From a virus: 6,425 bases of DNA. A model generated the notes under the pieces. That model searched no databases and was not told the origin of the DNA. It saw only the letters and a list, made by a program, of their open reading frames with translations. The DNA lies in the IMG/VR virus record IMGVR_UViG_3300045988_005617, positions 1 to 6,425 of that record, one strand, 5' to 3'. Shown piece by piece: positions 3,965-6,425 of this stretch. Each line of letters opens with the position of its first letter. Within the stretch, counting starts at the first letter, position 1. The position numbers and the translations under genes were made by a program.

Positions 3965-5658
3965 TTACTAAAGCATTGCAGAATAAGTTAGAGACTCGTT
4001 GTCAAAACCCTCGTACGGTTGTCAACAAATATACTCATGAGCCTGTTGTTGTTTCTTGTGGCTCTTGTCCTTCTTGTGTTCTTCGTCGTTCTGGTATTCA
4101 GACTAACCTGCTCACTTCTTATTCTGCTCAATTTCGTTATGTATATTTTGTTACTCTTACTTATGCTCCTTGCTTTCTTCCTACTTTGGAGGTTTCGCTT
4201 ATTGAAGCTTGTACGGACGATATTGCGGACGTATCCTGCGTTCCTGATATCAATAATTTGGATGCTGGTGACCTTAATACTTATCTGTTTGGTTTTCGTA
4301 GCGTTCCTCGCTCCGCTTCTGTTAAATTAAAAACCTCTACTGTTGAGCGTGTCTTTAAGGACCCTAAGGTAAGTTTTTCTTATCCTATGAAGCCCAAGGA
4401 GTTGTTATCTATTCTTGGAAAGATTAAACATTATGTTCCGAATAGGATTCCTTATATTTGTAATCGTGACCTTGATTTATTTTTAAAACGTTTAAGAAGT
4501 TATTACCCAGATGAAAAATTGCGTTATTACGCTGTATCAGAATACGGACCTACAAGTTTCCGCCCGCATTGGCATTTGTTATTGTTTTCCAATTCCGAAC
4601 GATTCTCGGAAACTGTTCTTGAAAATGTATCTAAGGCTTGGTCTTACGGACGTTGTGATGCGTCATTGTCGAGAGGATTCGCAGCACCGTATGTTGCGTC
4701 GTATGTTAATAGTTTTGTCGCTTTACCCAACTTTTATACACAGATGCCAAAATTGGTGCGCCCTAAATCCTTCCATTCCATTGGATTTACAGAATCAACT
4801 TTCTTTCCTCGAAAGGTACGAATTGCCGAAATTGACGAAGTTGCCGATAAGTGCCTTAATGGAGTCCGCATTGAGCGCGATGGATATTTTCGCACAATTA
4901 AACCTTCTTGGCCGCATCTCCTTCGATTATTCCCCCGATTTTCGGATTCTATTCGTAAATCTCCATCGAGTATTCACCAGTTATTATCTGCTTCGTTCAC
5001 AGCGCCCGGGAGAGTCATTCGTAGCGGATGCGCTGATATAGGATGTGACCCTTTTAATGCATTTTCTAAGCAAAGCATATTATCTTTTTGTAAACAGTAT
5101 TTAAATTATGTAGATAATTATGGAAAAAGAAATGATGAGCGAAATGTTTTTTCGCCTAAAGGTAATTTACCGTATAGTGATGTTCTCATTTTGTCTGAAT
5201 GTCGTTTGTATGATGGTGTTGATTTGGACTCTGCTCATCGCACGTCCCGCCTTTACCGTTTTTTCCTCGGAATTGCAAAATTTATTCGAACATATTCTCC
5301 AACTGGAGACGCAGGATGCTTTTGGTCCAGCGGCACTCCTGAAGGAGAACTCTTTGGACGAGAAAGATTCTTGCGTATCATTTCCGACAAAATAGTTGAT
5401 TTTTGGAATCGTTACGATTATAATCGTCTTGTTGATTTTTATCAGATTTTAGAGGATTCTGATGATAAGGATTTGGTTGATTTTGAACTTCGTAACTATT
5501 CTTTTCGTTATAATAGGACTGTTCTTGATAAGGAAAAACCTTATAATGAATTACCTCTTGTTCGTCTTTTGGCTGCTGCGTCATTGATGAAATGTCGAGA
5601 TAAGGTTAAACACAAGAAGGTTAATGATTTGTTTGGTATTTTTTCTCATCAGGATTAA
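3961..5658 (+). CDS. VP4: VP4 replication initiation protein (HUH rolling-circle endonuclease, phiX174 gene A family).
   Basis: The N-terminal Cys cluster is C14...C33-G-S-C36-P-S-C39. Motif I is FVTLTY (4147..4164) and motif II is PHWHLLLF with the HUH triad (4564..4587). Motif III, YVASYVN, has two Tyr residues spaced by three (4690..4710), as I recall for the phiX174 A-protein active site (YVAKYVNK). Confidence 0.95.
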   Translation: MITKALQNKLETRCQNPRTVVNKYTHEPVVVSCGSCPSCVLRRSGIQTNLLTSYSAQFRYVYFVTLTYAPCFLPTLEVSLIEACTDDIADVSCVPDINNLDAGDLNTYLFGFRSVPRSASVKLKTSTVERVFKDPKVSFSYPMKPKELLSILGKIKHYVPNRIPYICNRDLDLFLKRLRSYYPDEKLRYYAVSEYGPTSFRPHWHLLLFSNSERFSETVLENVSKAWSYGRCDASLSRGFAAPYVASYVNSFVALPNFYTQMPKLVRPKSFHSIGFTESTFFPRKVRIAEIDEVADKCLNGVRIERDGYFRTIKPSWPHLLRLFPRFSDSIRKSPSSIHQLLSASFTAPGRVIRSGCADIGCDPFNAFSKQSILSFCKQYLNYVDNYGKRNDERNVFSPKGNLPYSDVLILSECRLYDGVDLDSAHRTSRLYRFFLGIAKFIRTYSPTGDAGCFWSSGTPEGELFGRERFLRIISDKIVDFWNRYDYNRLVDFYQILEDSDDKDLVDFELRNYSFRYNRTVLDKEKPYNELPLVRLLAAASLMKCRDKVKHKKVNDLFGIFSHQD

Positions 5659-5690
5659 TTTTTGTTTTTCTTTTAATATTTTTTATTTTT

Positions 5691-6425
5691 ATGGCTTCTT
5701 ACACTGGAATGTCCAATCTCCAAAATCATCCTCACCGTTCTGGATTTGATATTGGACGTAAAAATGCATTTACTGCGAAAGTTGGTGAGCTTCTTCCCGT
5801 CTATTGGGATATTTCTATGCCTGGTGACAAGTACAAGTTCAACGTTGAATACTTTACCCGTACTCAGCCTGTTGAAACTTCTGCTTATACTCGGTTGCGT
5901 GAATACTTTGATTTTTATGCTGTTCCTTTGCGCCTTCTTTGGAAATCTGCTCCGTCTGTGTTAACACAGATGCAGGCTGTTAATCAGATTCAAGCACTTT
6001 CTTTTACACAGAATTTGTCACTCGGAACTTATCTGCCGTCTTTATCTCTTTCTGCTCTTTCGGGTTCTTTGTATTATTTAGCCGGCAATACCTCTAATCC
6101 TGGACAGTCTAAAGCTCTCACAAATTGTTTTGGTTTTTATCGTTCTGATTTATGTTATAAATTGTTATCTTATCTTGGTTATGGAAATTTTATTAAGGAT
6201 AAGTCCTCTTCTCGTTGGTGGTCTACATCTTTAGTTGCTGCCTCTTCTGGTAATTATACTCAACAGTATATACAGAATAATTACGTAAATCTCTTTCCTT
6301 TACTTGCTTATCAGAAAATTTATCAGGATTTTTTCCGCTGGTCTCAATGGGAAAATTCAAATCCCTCTTCTTATAACGTAGACTATTTTTCTGGAGTTTC
6401 TCCTTCGTTGGTTTCTTCTTTGCCT
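5691..6425 (+). CDS. VP1: Major capsid protein VP1 (Microviridae F-protein family), N-terminal part. It runs off the window end and continues at position 56 (6372..6425 duplicates 2..55). The full protein is 613 aa on the circle.
   Basis: ATG at 5691 follows a 32-nt T-rich spacer after the VP4 stop. My hand translation has no stop through 6425: MASYTGMSNLQNHPHRSGFDIGRKNAFTAKVGELLPVYWDISMPGDKYKFNVEYFTRTQPVETSAYTRLREYFDFYAVPLRLLW. This shows the characteristic microvirus capsid N-terminal pattern (R.S.FD, G.L.P, PGD, F.AVP.R.LW). The ORF is missing from the supplied track only because it has no stop inside the window. Confidence 0.95.
   Translation, partial: MASYTGMSNLQNHPHRSGFDIGRKNAFTAKVGELLPVYWDISMPGDKYKFNVEYFTRTQPVETSAYTRLREYFDFYAVPLRLLWKSAPSVLTQMQAVNQIQALSFTQNLSLGTYLPSLSLSALSGSLYYLAGNTSNPGQSKALTNCFGFYRSDLCYKLLSYLGYGNFIKDKSSSRWWSTSLVAASSGNYTQQYIQNNYVNLFPLLAYQKIYQDFFRWSQWENSNPSSYNVDYFSGVSPSLVSSLP
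6371..6425. repeat. Terminal redundancy, copy 2 (identical to 1..55).
   Basis: Exact 55-nt match to the start of the window. Confidence 0.95.

Noticed and set aside
4019-4330. Very hydrophobic +1-frame ORFs inside real genes (4019..4330, 2356..2676, 4511..5041, 5120..5395, and the 5' part of 3395..3652). They superficially resemble the embedded phiX174 E lysis gene.
   Set aside because: All lie in the +1 frame of their host gene. NNT codon bias depletes +1-frame stops and makes T-initial codons (F, L, S, C, Y, W) frequent, so long F/L-rich ORFs arise automatically. Only the 176-aa ORF is kept, as a low-priority check under the VP4 finding.

Overview
The window is one complete circular ssDNA phage genome of the family Microviridae. 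The unit length is 6370 nt, and bases 1..55 are repeated exactly at 6371..6425, so the major capsid gene wraps around the window ends. All credible genes are on the + strand. In order they are: VP1 major capsid (5691..6425 continuing into 2..1162), a 160-aa acidic VP3-like protein, the VP2 pilot protein, and a strong intrinsic terminator. A gap of about 600 nt with no ORF follows, then a Bacteroidetes-style promoter, two small ORFs (57 aa, and a 29-aa single-TM peptide), a 102-aa M15-type zinc peptidase, and a 565-aa VP4 HUH rolling-circle initiator. Three features point to a Bacteroidetes host and an Alpavirinae-like lineage, which remains a tentative inference: no Shine-Dalgarno sequences, a TTTG/TAnnTTTG promoter motif, and strongly T-ending codons. 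The most unusual feature is the GC-rich, hairpin-dense, ORF-free island at about 2853..3290, sitting in an otherwise tightly packed, T-rich genome. It contains repeated AAT(T)nCCGG-hairpin-TATACACCC modules, three GAA-triloop mini-hairpins (two with the exact sequence GCGAAGC), a purine-rich tract with a 12-mer tandem repeat, and a nested multi-helix domain. Its function cannot be read from sequence. Candidates are a complementary-strand origin or ssDNA signal, an independent structured ncRNA, captured host DNA, or an assembly chimera. The second point of interest is a holin-like TM peptide placed in frame with, and one stop codon away from, the M15 peptidase.
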